Below are positions 49,481 to 62,431 of a stretch of 64,000 bases of DNA, one piece after another. Positions within the stretch are counted from its first letter, which is position 1, and the number at the start of each line of letters is the position of its first letter. The stretch is from NCBI GenBank assembly GCA_002269645.1, contig NIVC01003542.1, positions 1 to 64,000 of the forward strand. Reading direction: 5' to 3'. A program made the translations under genes and the position numbers. Source of the stretch: Macrostomum lignano (Eukaryota). The notes below the pieces were generated by a model. The model did no database searches. It saw nothing but the letters and a program-made list of their open reading frames with translations, and had not been told where the DNA came from.

Positions 49481-50850
49481 CTACAACCCCCTCTAGGCTA
49501 CAACCCCCTCTAGGCTACAACCCCCTCTAGGCTACAACCCCCTCTAGGCTACAACCCCCTCTAGGCTACAACCCCCTCTAGGCTACAACCCCCTCTAGGC
49601 TACAACCCCCTCTAGGCTACAACCCCCTCTAGGCTGCAACCCCCTAGAGGGCTACAACCCCCTCTAGGCTACAACCCCCTCTAGGCTACAACCCCCTCTA
49701 GGCTACAACCCCCTCTAGGCTACAACCCCCTCTAGGCTACAACCCCCTCTAGGCTACAACCCCCTCTAGGCTACAACCCCCTCTAGGCTACAACCCCCTC
49801 TAGGCTACAACCCCCTCTAGGCTACAACCCCCTCTAGGCTACAACCCCCTCTAGGCTGCAACCCCCTAGAGGGCTACAACCCCCTCTAGGCTACAACCCC
49901 CTAGAGGGCTACAACCCCCTCTAGGCTACAACCCCCTCTAGGCTACAACCCCCTCTAGGCTACAACCCCCTCTAGGCTACAACCCCCTCTAGGCTACAAC
50001 CCCCTCTAGGCTGCAACCCCCTAGAGGGCTACAACCCCCTCTAGGCTACAACCCCCTCTAGGCTACAACCCCCTCTAGGCTACAACCCCCTCTAGGCTAC
50101 AACCCCCTCTAGGCTACAACCCCCTCTAGGCTACAACCCCCTCTAGGCTACAACCCCCTCTAGGCTACAACCCCCTCTAGGCTACAACCCCCTCTAGGCT
50201 ACAACCCCCTCTAGGCTACAACCCCCTCTAGGCTACAACCCCCTCTAGGCTACAACCCCCTCTAGGCTACAACCCCCTCTAGGCTACAACCCCCTCTAGG
50301 CTACAACCCCCTCTAGGCTACAACCCCCTCTAGGCTACAACCCCCTCTAGGCTACAACCCCCTCTAGGCTACAACCCCCTCTAGGCTACAACCCCCTCTA
50401 GGCTACAACCCCCTCTAGGCTACAACCCCCTCTAGGCTACAACCCCCTCTAGGCTACAACCCCCTCTAGGCTACAACCCCCTCTAGGCTACAACCCCCTC
50501 TAGGCTACAACCCCCTCTAGGCTACAACCCCCTCTAGGCTACAACCCCCTCTAGGCTACAACCCCCTCTAGGCTACAACCCCCTCTAGGCTACAACCCCC
50601 TCTAGGCTACAACCCCCTCTAGGCTACAACCCCCTCTAGGCTACAACCCCCTCTAGGCTACAACCCCCTCTAGGCTACAACCCCCTCTAGGCTACAACCC
50701 CCTCTAGGCTACAACCCCCTCTAGGCTACAACCCCCTCTAGGCTACAACCCCCTCTAGGCTACAACCCCCTCTAGGCTACAACCCCCTCTAGGCTACAAC
50801 CCCCTCTAGGCTACAACCCCCTCTAGGCTGCAACCCCTCTGGGCTACAAC
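49478..50850 (-). repeat. 17-bp minisatellite (~80 copies) identical to the SINE 5' end
   Basis: CTCTAGGCTACAACCCC tandem, the reverse complement of AGGGGGTTGTAGCCTAG. Confidence 0.95.
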
Positions 50851-51489
50851 GTACGTATGATTCGTACGTATAAGCTGAGAAACTCAAGTAAGCTTGATAG
50901 TGTGTCCTAGGGGGGAAATTTTCCACTCCAGACTCTGGCTCTTACGTGTGCTTGGTAGCCTCCGCCCAGCCAGTGTCTTTGCCAAGAAGATTAAGAAGCC
51001 AACTCAAATATTGTATATAATATAAAACAGCGGACCCCATGGGAGGGTGAAGAGGGTGTTTGCCAGAGGGTGCTGAGCTGAACTGGTTCGCAACCCCCCC
51101 CTCCCCCAGAGGGGAGGCCTCGCTAGTCTGAGTGCATTATTGATTTTGTGCTTGAAAGAAAGAAAAGCCCTCCTGCCCCCTCTCCCCTTGGACATGAGCC
51201 AAGCGCGAGCTCCAAGACCGAGCAGGCGGGACCAAAGTTTTCAGCTGCAATGGCTGCCCTGCCGGGCTCAAGAAAAAAATATATATTATTCCCACCTCGC
51301 CTTCCAGCGCCAGCAGTTCGCTCAGACACTCTGTATGTCTTGCTACTACCGCTGCTGCAGGCTGGGGGGGGGCTAATCCTCCTTCCACAAAGACAGACAA
51401 TCAATAATATTAGCCTCAAGATCCGAACAGTTTCAAAAAGAAAATCGCTAAGGAGTAACGGGATCTAGGGTTCTCACCAACCCCACTGC

Positions 51490-52125
51490 ATCTGTATCTA
51501 TTCTCATCTCTGGCCACCGTGTCTCAGTCTCACACAACCACTGTATATCTATTCTAATCTCTTGTCACCGTGTCTCAGTCTCACACAACCACTGTATATC
51601 TATTCTAATCTCTTGTCACCGTGTCTCAGTCTCACACAACCACTGTATATCTATTCTAATCTCTTGTCACCGTGTCTCAGTCTCACACATCCACTGTATA
51701 TCTATTCTAATCTCTGGCCACCGTGTCTTAGTCTCACAGATCCACTGCATATCTATTCTCATCTCTGGCCACCGTGTCTCAGCCTCACAGATCCACTGTA
51801 TATCTATTCTCATCTCTGGCCACCGTGTCTCAGCCTCACAGATCCATTGTATATCTATTCTCATCTCTGGCCACCGTGTCTCAGTCTCACAGATCCATTG
51901 TATATCTATTCTCATCTCTGGCCACCGTGTCTCAGCCTCACAGATCCACTGTATATCTATTCTCATCTCTGGCCACCGTGTCTCAGTCTCACAGATCCAC
52001 TGTATATCTATTCTCATCTCTGGCCACCGTGTCTCAGTCTCACAGATCCACTGTATATCTATTCTAATCTCTGGCCACCGTGTCTCAGTCTCACAGATCC
52101 ACTTATATCTATTCTCATCTCTGGC
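51490..52125. repeat. Minisatellite, 51-bp unit
   Basis: CTCTGGCCACCGTGTCTCAGTCTCACAGATCCACTGTATATCTATTCTCAT x ~12. Confidence 0.93.
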
Positions 52126-52547
52126 CATCGAATCTCAGCTCAATCTCACCGATCCACTGTCTATTCTATTCTCAAGCCAGTCAGAATTCAATCATTATCA
52201 CCTTTAAGAGGATGATTTTTATAAGGACATTTAACAATCTCTCTATCGACTGAACAACCGTTAGCTTGAAATTTTTTTTCCATTTTTCCCCATTCTTCTA
52301 TCCAACGCTTAATCATCCTCCGATAAAAGCAGGCACTTCATCGTTAATTTTGATGAGCCCACCCTAGATCTTCTCCCAGGTGATTTGCATATAGCTATTT
52401 CCCAGATGAAGCTGAGAGGCTGTCTGACTCCATGCCGAATAATAGGAAAGACTCTCTCTAGACTAGAGAGATTAACGCGCCCAGCAGACCCCCTCTGACT
52501 CATCGCTGCAGCAGTCACGTGATTATTTGACTTTATTTCCAAATCAG

Positions 52548-52740
52548 GTGACGCCAAAGACCGCCAACAACGGGCCCACGGACGCCGTTGAGGAGCCGAA
52601 ATCGAGCGCAAATCGGATTAAGGATGATTATGATAACGATGAGGAAGAGGAAGTGGAACACTTCCGGGTGGAGCTGCAGAGGGGCTTCGAAGGCGGGCTG
52701 GGCATCACAATTGCCGGCTATGTTGGAGAAACCGCGCTGG
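52548..52740 (+). CDS. PATJ: PATJ/MPDZ exon (linker and start of second visible PDZ)
   Basis: aaatcag| in phase 0; ...EHFRVELQRGFEGGLGITIAGYVGETAL; donor g|GTAAGT. Confidence 0.9.
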
Positions 52741-52742
52741 GT

Positions 52743-53548
52743 AAGTAGGTTACTAGTCTGACGGGTGGAGTGAGAAGTAGGTTACTAGTATGATGGGTGG
52801 AGTGAGAAACAGGTTACTAGTCTGACGGGTGGAGTGAGAAGTAGGTTACTAGTATGATGGGTGGAGTGAGAAACAGGTTACTAGTCTGACGGGTGGAGTG
52901 AGAAGTAGGTTACTAGTCTGACGGGTGGAGAGAGAAGTAGGTTACTAGTCTGACGGGTGGAGTGAGAAGTAGGTTACTAGTCTGACGGGTGGAGTGAGAA
53001 GTAGGTTACTAGTCTGACAGGTGGAGTGAGAAGTAGGTTACTAGTCTGACGGGTGGAGTGAGAAGTAGGTTACTAGTCTGACGGGTGGAGTGAGAAGTAG
53101 GTTACTAGTCTGACGGGTGGAGTGAGAAGTAGGTTACTAGTCTGACAGGTGGAGTGAGAAGTAGGTTACTAGTCTGACGGGTGGAGTGAGAAGTAGGTTA
53201 CTAGTCTGACGGGTGGAGTGAGAAGTAGGTTACTAGTCTGACGGGTGGAGTGAGAAATAGGTTACTAGTTCTGACGGGTGGAGTGACAAGTAGGTTACTA
53301 GTCTGACGGGTGGAGTGAGAAGTAGGTTACTAGTTTGACGGGTGGAGTGAGAAGTAGGTTACTAGTCTGAATGGTGGAGTGAGAAGTAGGTTACTAGTCT
53401 GAATGGTGGAGTGAGAAGTAGGTTACTAGTCTGAATGGTGGAGTGAGAAGTAGGTTACTAGTCTGAATGGTGGAGTGAGAAGTAGGTTACTAGTCTGAAT
53501 GGTGGAGTGAGAAGTAGGTTACTAGTCTGACGGGTGGAGTGAGAAGTA
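52743..53548. repeat. Minisatellite, 32-bp unit, starting at the splice donor
   Basis: AAGTAGGTTACTAGTCTGACGGGTGGAGTGAG x ~25. Confidence 0.95.
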
Positions 53549-54592
53549 GACCTATTCACAAGTGGATGTGTGGAGAGAAATAAACGCATGTTGAGTTGAG
53601 TATAAAGTTAAAGCAAAAATATGGATTTATGAGTATGGGTTGTTAAAGTAAAGAAGTAAAAAGATTCTAGAATCGGGGAACAGTGAGCTTGAGCACACAC
53701 TTTAGCCGCCGCCGTGCCGACGCTCACAACACGTTGAGAGCCCCCGCGCATTCCGGCCCATAGCAAGCGCCTGAGTGTTTAATTACCACCTCCCCTTGCT
53801 GACAATGCGTGCGCGAGTGTCTGCGTGCGTGCGGCGTATTCGGGCAGTGCCATGCAGAAGAAGAAGTTGAAGAAGAGTCAGCCAGCTCTCCTCTGTAACC
53901 CGAGTCGATGAAGCAGGCCAGAAGCTTGTCGCGGGGCCAGCTTCAGCCTTCGGGGCAGATTTGAGCACTCGCGCGAACCGGATAAAGGGACGAAACACAA
54001 GGCCAGCTTTGGGAGGGTAGCAGAGAGAGGGAGAAAAAAGATGCGGAATAATCACAAGTCGATACTTCTCAGTTCGCCTATTTGCTGAAGCAATGCAAAC
54101 AGACAAAGCGCCTCTGCGAACTCCGCATTAGTACGTACGCATTACTAAGCCTTTGGATTTATATGCAGATCTCAGGTAGAAAAAATCATGTTGCCCGACC
54201 GACGGGATGACGGGATAAGGTAGGATAGAGAATGGGTTGTTCTAGCGACGATTTTCTCCGCATATTCCCAGTTGGAGAGGAAAAAAGTGCAGGGAATTTC
54301 CTAGCAATGATGCATATCGATCCTCGGGACCACGCAGATGGCATCGTCCACATTTTGCCGCAGCTGGTGTCTTTTATTATTTTCGCATCCGTGATTTTCG
54401 CAGCAAATCAACGAACGCTAATAAATTTCTCTCGTCAAGCGTTGCTGGACAAAAATCTGCCTCTAGAACTCTCCCCCCCCGGTGCACACAACTGTGCGTA
54501 ATCAGGCGAGCTTAAAACAATACGCTGTAATTCTGACTCGGCATTCTCCCATCATCCCATCCTCGGGAACCGTCCTTGGTTCGTTGTTCCAG

Positions 54593-54684
54593 CTAAACTG
54601 AGCGGAATATTCATCAAAAGCATCGCCGAGGGCAGCGCTGCTTGGCGGGACGGCCGGCTGACAGTTAACGACCGCATCGTAGAG
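54593..54684 (+). CDS. PATJ: PATJ/MPDZ exon (middle of second PDZ)
   Basis: gttgttccag| in phase 1; AKLSGIFIKSIAEGSAAWRDGRLTVNDRIVE; donor gag|GTAAAT. Confidence 0.9.
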
Positions 54685-57423
54685 GTAAATAGCTGATAAG
54701 TACATTTGACCATTTATGCGTCTAACCCTCTATGCCTCTCTCTAAGTCCACGACATTCGCCTGTACTTTATAGCTTTCCATCTGACGCAATAAATGTACT
54801 GTGGATCTTTTAAATGTACATTAAGCTATTTATAGATCTCGGCAATCTCACTCCCCCAGCCCCTTCCTCCCCACTAATTGCATTCTGAAGCGCTCCCTGT
54901 GTACATCATTTGTGTACAAATTGGTCTATTTATAGATCTTGACCACTGCGCCTATTCCGCGCTCACTCCCCCAGCTCCTACCTCTCCCCTCATTGCATTC
55001 TTAAGCGCTCCCTGTGTACACCATGTATGTGTACATTGGTCTATTTATAGATCCAGTCATTGCACCACAAACGCTGTTCATGCTTGGTCTGATTTCTGGT
55101 CTCTCCTAATTGGAATTTACATTCAGCGTATTGATTAATTGATTAATTGACGCTCGCTAAATCTCTAAAGGCCGGATTGTATTACCTCTAGTAGATCCGG
55201 GGGTCAAGGGTTGCTCAAGTAAATTTTAAAAGAGGTCTGAACCAACTGTTGCACGTTGACCAAAGTGGAAAGGTATCCACTCGCTTATTTGGGCTGGAAT
55301 CTGTGTTTGGGAAAAATAGGTTCCACGTCCACTGTAATGCGATGATAGACGAAGCTTGGCCATTGAGTGAAGTCTTTTTTCATGCTCCTTCTGAAGAGAC
55401 CAAACAGGAAGGTCTTTGAAAAAAGACAACAGAAACCGAACAGCAGAAGCAATCATTCGTCGCCTCGTGGGGTTGACTAACCGGAAAGCAGAATAGTGGC
55501 TAGGCTTGACTCTCCACAAGTGCATCTTATCACTTGCAACATCTCAACAACACTGACTGCTTACGTTGTACTTTAAATGGCAAAAAGCTGGGCTTCAAAA
55601 CCAGAGATTTAAGGGAGCTGAACAAGAAATCTCCTTCTCACAGCTTCCCCTGGCTAAAAAGCCAAAAAGCATTCAGTCAGGCTCCTTTCCACTCTTTGCT
55701 CTCCTTGGCGGTAACTCCCTGCATCCCCACTGAAAATCTGCATAATCCCTTTTCCTGACAAAAAAACTGTCCCGTGATTGATGAGCGAGGCCAGACGAGC
55801 TCGGAGAGAGGGAACTGAGCCGGGCGCCAGCGAGTCAAAGGGGGATCCCTAGCGAAAGGTGATGAAGAGTTCCCGAGGCAAGCTGGAGGAAGCTTGGCCC
55901 AACGAGACCTCATGCGGCCTTCCGGCTGTTGAGACTTGACCTCCCATCTCTCTCACTGTCTCTCATCTCCGTTCTTCGCTTTTAACAAAGCAAATAATGA
56001 GGATGTAGGGTGTCTCAAAAATGAAGTAGATTCAAAGTCTATAGATTTATCTGCGTGTTCCTTGGCATATGATGTCAACCGAAAAAAAAACTACCCATTG
56101 CGTATCCTATGAGCTTCGTTATAATAATGTCCCATTCCGATTCGCCGTTCATGGAAAATCGATTAGTTTTTGTGGTCGAATCGATCGATCGATGCTGGCC
56201 CAAGTAGCACCGGAGAGCTGGCCTTGCCCGCCTACTGAAGTGTCCATAGGCAATAATGCAAGATTGATTTATTATATTCAGATGGCCACCTTGCGATAAA
56301 GAGCCGCAGTGAATGACAGCGGAAAAGATGCTCCATTCCGATAGTAGACTGAATTCATTGGCCAAACGCCAGCTGCTTTTAGCTGGCGGCTGAATTTCAT
56401 CACTTCGCTCTTCTCGCTTTCTCTCTTCAAAGAAGAAGCGTCCCAGAAGACAGAAAAACACACGGCTGCAATGCCCTTTGCTCATTTTAGCAGATCAAAC
56501 AATTCATGACCAAAGCGAGGGAGCGGGAGACGCCGCTGATCGAGAGAAAGAAAGCGGCGGAGACCCTGGCAGGTCACAGGGCGACAGGGCACTACAGAAA
56601 TTGACAGACAGGAAATGATAGAAAAATAAGAAAGACACGAAAGCGTGACGGCAATCGTGGGAGTTGGGCAGGGAAGAGAAGGGGGGAGAGGAGGCCTTGA
56701 ACTTTCCCCATTGGGTCGCTCGTTACGCGTCCAAGATCTGGGGGTATCCCTGGCGGCAAAAATGGAAGAAGGAAGACAGAAAAGATTAAAGCAAAAGGGA
56801 AATTCAAGGAGGGTGGTGGGTGCTTGCTTGGCTCCGGCGCGCACAGGGCGATGGAGACTTCGCTCTGGTAGAATCTCTTTCTTCCTCTCTTCCTATCCAG
56901 TACCAGATCCTGGCTGGCGACGCTGCCATGTGTCCCCAAGCCCAAACACGCACTGCCCCGCTACCAAACTCTCTTCTCCCTCCCCTTGTCTGCACTGCTT
57001 CGGGGCTTATGAGGCGCTGGCAGTTTTGGGGATTTAAGGGGGGAGGAGGGGAGAAGGTAGCCAGGAAGACCGGAGGGGAGAATTTGAGAGGAAGGGGAAC
57101 TGGGGAAAGGGGATTATTAGAACTGGAAGGGGGGGGGCAAGTTGGGAATACGGGCAGTTGGACAGACGCTCCAAGGTTCTTAGAGGTGGCTGGGTAAGGG
57201 AGGGGGAACTCACAGCCCCCCTCTACCCCACCGACCACCCCCCCGGCTTCCATGACCGGCGTACATTTATGAGGGGCAGCCGACCAGCGGCGCAATTCAT
57301 TTATTCCCCAGCACTACCAAGGGGTGCAAGCAGCATTTTCTGCACCTAATTATCTTTGGTGTTGTCGGACAAACGTCTGAGCAGTATTATTATTACTCAT
57401 TAATTTGTCGCATTGTCGCCCAG

Positions 57424-57559
57424 GTGAACAATTGCTGTCTCGAGGGACAGTCAAATCGCGCGGCGGTTGAGATACTAAAGAGCGCCAACGACCCAGTGCA
57501 GCTAAGACTCGTGCGCTACAGGCGTGGACTCATCTTTGAGCAGCTCAAAACTTGCGCTG
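57424..57559 (+). CDS. PATJ: PATJ/MPDZ exon (end of second PDZ)
   Basis: gcccag| in phase 0; VNNCCLEGQSNRAAVEILKSANDPVQLRLVRYRRGLIFEQLKTCA (cf. fly Patj RLERYLRGPKFEQL); donor g|GTAAGC. Confidence 0.9.
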
Positions 57560-57594
57560 GTAAGCTGGGAGCTTGACTTTGGTCAATCTACATT

Positions 57595-58065
57595 GGTAGA
57601 CTGAGATTCTGCTTAGATAGATTGAGATTCTGCATTGGTAGATTAGGATTCTGCATCGGTAGACTGAAATTCTGCTTGGGTAGATTGAGATTCTGCATCG
57701 GTAAACTGAAATTCTGCTTGGGTAGATTGAGATTCTGCATCGGTAAACTGAAATTCTGCTTGGGTAGATTGAGATTCTGCATCGGTAAACTGAAATTCTG
57801 CTTGGGTAGATTGAGATTCTGTATCGGTAGACTGAAATTCTGCTTGGGTAGATTGAGATTCTGCATCGGTAGACTGAAATTCTGCTTGGGTAGATTGAGA
57901 TTCTGCATCGGTAGACTGGAATTCTGCTTGGGTAGATTGAGATTCTGCATCGGTAAACTGAAATTCTGTATCGGTAGATTGAGATTCTGTATCGGTAGAT
58001 TGAGATTCTGTATCAGTAGATTGAGATTCTGTATCTAGATTGAGATTCGCGGGTAGATTGAGATT
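57595..58065. repeat. Minisatellite, 42-bp unit (21-mer dimer)
   Basis: GGTAGATTGAGATTCTGCATC-GGTAAACTGAAATTCTGCTTG tandem. Confidence 0.93.
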
Positions 58066-58253
58066 CTCGTATAATCATCATACTCGATTTCTTTGAATTT
58101 TCTGCTTTGAAATCAAGGAAGTTTGAAAATACTGTCGTGAAATTAAACAAATCTGCGCGTTCTAGACTACCCTGTCGTCACGTATTAGCTTATGAGTCTT
58201 AAGGGAGTTTATATCGAAACATTTTGATATAATAAAAATTCCTCATTCCTCAG

Positions 58254-58385
58254 CTGGCACGCCGCCACCGCTTCACCGGCCGCTGCTGCCTTCAACTCAG
58301 CTGACAGGTGGCACAGACGGCGATTCGGTTGGTGCAGACACTGAGCCTCTTCTGCATCGCCAAGAAGCGGAACCCGACTGCTTCG
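58254..58385 (+). CDS. PATJ: PATJ/MPDZ linker exon
   Basis: cattcctcag| in phase 1; AGTPPPLHRPLLPSTQLTGG...EPDCF; donor g|GTGAGT; phase-compatible with the previous exon. Confidence 0.75.
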
Positions 58386-58432
58386 GTGAGTAGCGGCGGC
58401 GTCTGGAAGAGCTCAGGAACAACTTAGAGACC

Positions 58433-58765
58433 CAGACTCTGGGACAGACTCTGGGACAGACTCTGGGACAGACTCTGGGACAGACTCTGGGACAGACTCT
58501 GGGACAGACTCTGGGACAGACTCTGGGACAGACTCTGGGACAGACTCTGGGACAGACTCTGGGACAGACTCTGGGACGGACAAAACGCCAAGACAGACTC
58601 TGGGACAGACTCTGGGACGGACAAAACGCCAAGACAGACTCTGGGACAGACTCTGGACGGACAAAACGCCAAGACAGACTCTGGGACAGACTCTGGGACG
58701 GACAAAACGCCAAGACAGACTCTGGGACAGACTCTGGGACGGACAAAACGCCAAGACAGACTCCG
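58433..58765. repeat. 12-bp tandem repeat with longer variant units
   Basis: GGGACAGACTCT repeats, later interleaved with GGACAAAACGCCAAGACA. Confidence 0.9.
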
Positions 58766-59329
58766 TGTCCAGCAGTTTTCTGACTGCAACCTCACACAAG
58801 CAGCATACAGTGGTATATAGACTTTGGAGCACTTTATCCACTACTTGAAGCCTGCAGCTTCCAGTATAGATGCGGCTCACTTTTCTTCAAGCAGGCATAT
58901 TTCGCGCCAGGCCACTCGAGCCCCACTCTCCCCCCCCTTGGGCTGGTTTCACTCAAAGTTGGGCGTCCACTGCATGCACTGGCTGGCAGCGAATATGAAA
59001 TTGGCAGGCTGAGGCGCCCGAGAGCCATCTGGCCAAAATTGATCCTCTCTCGCCAGAATCCACGGCTAACCGAACCAAACTGCTCGAGTTTCACCCGATC
59101 GGCTCCCCCCCCCTGACCCAGAATAGTTGATTACGGTCTGAAGTAGCCTCACTATTCTCCACTGGGCCAAGTATTAGACAGACATCTACTGAAGCCATGT
59201 GCGGATTTCCTACAGTAGTCAAGTTCTGCAGATAGGAGGGCTGCATATGAAGTCTCCTGGCAGAGGCGCTAAGATAAGCATCGAAATATTCAATACTGCC
59301 AATGCAGGCAAACTAGACAAAACAAGCCA

Positions 59330-59570
59330 CTATGCCACTGGTGCATTAAGTCACTAGGACTCCAACACACTATGCCACTCGTGCATTAAGTCACTAGGAC
59401 TCCAACACACTATGCCACTCGTGCATTAAGTCACTAGGACTCCAACACACTATGCCACTGGTGCATTAAGTCACTAGGACTCCAACACACTATGCCACTC
59501 GTGCATTAAGTCACTAGGACTCCAACACACTATGCCACTCGTGCATTAAGTCACTAGGACTCCAACACAC
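59330..59570. repeat. Minisatellite, 40-bp unit x 6
   Basis: CACTATGCCACTCGTGCATTAAGTCACTAGGACTCCAACA. Confidence 0.95.
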
Positions 59571-59667
59571 TGCGATGCTACAGTATTAACACGCTAAGGC
59601 ACAAGATGCTTAGACGCTAAGATATCACGGCACCAAGGCACTAGCAAACTCACTTATTACTCGTAAG

Positions 59668-60448
59668 GCACCAAGACACTGACACACCAATACACTGACA
59701 CACCAAGACACTGACACACCAATACACTGACACACCAATACACTGACACACCAACACACTGACACACCAACACACTGACACACCAACACGCTGACACACT
59801 AAGACACCGACACACCAATACAATGACACACCAATACACTGACACACAAAGACACTGACACACCAATACACTGACACACCAACACACTGACACACCAATA
59901 CACTGACACACCAATACACTGACACACCAATACACCGACACACCAAGACACTGACACACCAATACACTGACACACCAACACACTGACACACCAACACACT
60001 GACACACCAATACACTGACACACCAATACACTGACACACCAATACACTGACACACAAAGACACTGACACACCAAGACACTGACACACCAATACACTGACA
60101 CACCAATACACTGACACACCAAGACACTGACACACCAACACACTGACACACCAACACACTGACACACCAACACACTGACACACTAAGACACCGACACACC
60201 AATACACTGACACACCAATACACTGACACACCAATACACTGACACACCAATACACTGACACACCAATACACTGACACACCAATACACTGACACACCAATA
60301 CACCGACACACCAATACACTGACACACCAATACACTGACACACCAATACACTGACACACCAACACACTGACACACTAAGACACTGACACACCAAAACACT
60401 GACACACCAACACACTGACACACCAAGACACTGACACACCAAGACACT
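59668..60448. repeat. Minisatellite, 16-bp unit
   Basis: CACCAATACACTGACA x ~48. Confidence 0.95.
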
Positions 60449-60488
60449 AAGGTAATACAAGACATTCGGACACGATAAGACATTACAG

Positions 60489-60623
60489 GACTCAAAATTG
60501 TTCCAAAGCTGTCCAAAAAGTTGAGATCTCAGCACACCTCTCCGCCTTTGCTCACCCGCTGCTCTTTCAACTGTGCGTTCCCCTGCATCTTTGAGCAATA
60601 CTCCGGCATCAGTCTTCACGCAG
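60489..60623 (+). CDS. Candidate further PATJ exon (unverified)
   Basis: cattacag|...g|GTACC; open and phase-compatible (1 to 1) with exon 58254-58385. The acceptor is weak and no domain is recognisable. Confidence 0.3.
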
Positions 60624-60931
60624 GTACCTTGAATTGCCTCACTCTGCGTCGCTGGGATCAGAGAGACTCAAGGAGGAGGGCGCAAGGCCACGCTCACTGA
60701 TCCCAGGCGCAATTGAGTTGGCTTGATTGAGTCCTGCGCGAGCTCTCAGGCATGTGGGGGGGGGGGTGCCTGCCTGAATCGGGCTCGAATACGCCATTGA
60801 AAAAAGCGAATCGGATTTACGGCGCCAAGTGCCACGAGTCGAGACGGTAAAAGTGCAGAACGCGGGCATCAAGTAGAATGGTTCAAAAAACTCTGAAATC
60901 ATCGGAGCGCTACTATGCTAACTACTACAAT

Positions 60932-61818
60932 TCCTCCAGTAAGCCTTGACTTCTCAGCAATTCCCCCAGTAAGCCTTGACATCTCAGCAATTCCCCCAGT
61001 AAGCCTTGACATCTCAGCAATTCCCCCAGTAAGCCTTGACATCTCAGCAATTCCCCCAGTAAGCCTTGACTTCTCAGCAGTTCCCCCAGTAAGCCTTGAC
61101 ATCTCAGCAATTCCCCCAGTAAGCCTTGACTTCTCAGCAGTTCCCCCAGTAAGCCTTGACATCTCAGCAGTTCCCCCAGTAAGCCTTGGCATCTCAGAAA
61201 TTCCCTCCGTAAGACTTGAAATCTCAGCAATTCCCCAGTAAGACTTGACTTCTCAGAAATTCCCCAGTAAGACTTGACTTCTCAGCAATTCCCCAGTAAG
61301 CCTTGACATCTCAGCAGTTCCCCCAGTAAGCCTTGACATCTCAGCAGTTCCCTCCGTAAGACTTGACATCTCAGCAGTTCCCCCAGTAAGCCTTGACATT
61401 TCAGAAATTCCCTCCGTAAGACTTGAAATCTCAGCAATTCCCTCCGTAAGACTTGAAATCTCAGCAATTCCCTCCGTAAGACTTGAAATCTCAGCAATTC
61501 CCTCAGTAAGACTTGAAATCTCAGCAATTCCCTCAGTAAGACTTGAAATCTTAGCAATTCCCTCCGTAAGACTTGAAATCTCAGCAATTCCCTCAGTAAG
61601 ACTTGAAATCTTAGCAATTCCCTCCGTAAGACTTGAAATCTCAGCAATTCCCTCAGTAAGACTTGAAATCTCAGCAATTCCCCAGCAAGACTTGACATCT
61701 CAGCAATTTCCCCAGTAAGCCTTGAAATCTCAGCAATTCCCTCAGTAAGACTCAACGTCTCAGCAATTTCCCCAGTAAGCCTTGAAATCTCAGCAATTCG
61801 CCAGCAAGACTTGACATC
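60932..61818. repeat. Minisatellite, 30-bp unit (same family as 7454-8218)
   Basis: CTCAGCAATTCCCCCAGTAAGCCTTGACAT variants. Confidence 0.95.
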
Positions 61819-62431
61819 TCTATTTTTTGATGCAGTGCAGCTACCTACAGAATTTCGTATTCCTTTAGCCATACACTTTAAACATTTTTAAAGTCGAGTG
61901 CTGAAAATCAAGTGTTCAGGTGCGCAGAAGAGCCAGCAGTAGTCAAGAATAGAATCTGACCTATAGTTCTGTCACTACTCAGTCTACAGAAGTAAAAGAA
62001 GGCTGGTCTGCCTACTGTAGCTGCTGCTTGTTCAAGTTTGTAATGCCATGCAGGCTGGCAAGATCTTGTGGCGACCCCCCCCTTCACTATTCACCTTCTA
62101 GCTCTGTGCCTTATAGGTCAAAACACAGGTCTAGTTAGGTTAGGGAGGGGCAAATCCGCTGTTACAGCAGAAAGTTTTGTAGAGTGTAAGTGTATAGAGA
62201 AGATTTAAAGCTGAAAAGACAGAGTAAACAAAGAGTAGATTAAATCGTTATAGAAGCTAGCGGCCAGTTCTTTGAATTCAGACTGCACATCATGCAGCAG
62301 AGTATAAATCGACCTGGCTTCACTAGTTAGTCATGATAGATAGCTAAGCTTAGTGACCAGAAAAAGGGCATAGTAGCTAAATATAGTGTTCAGAATATAA
62401 TCGGCGCCATCTAGAGAACTCGACCAGAGTG

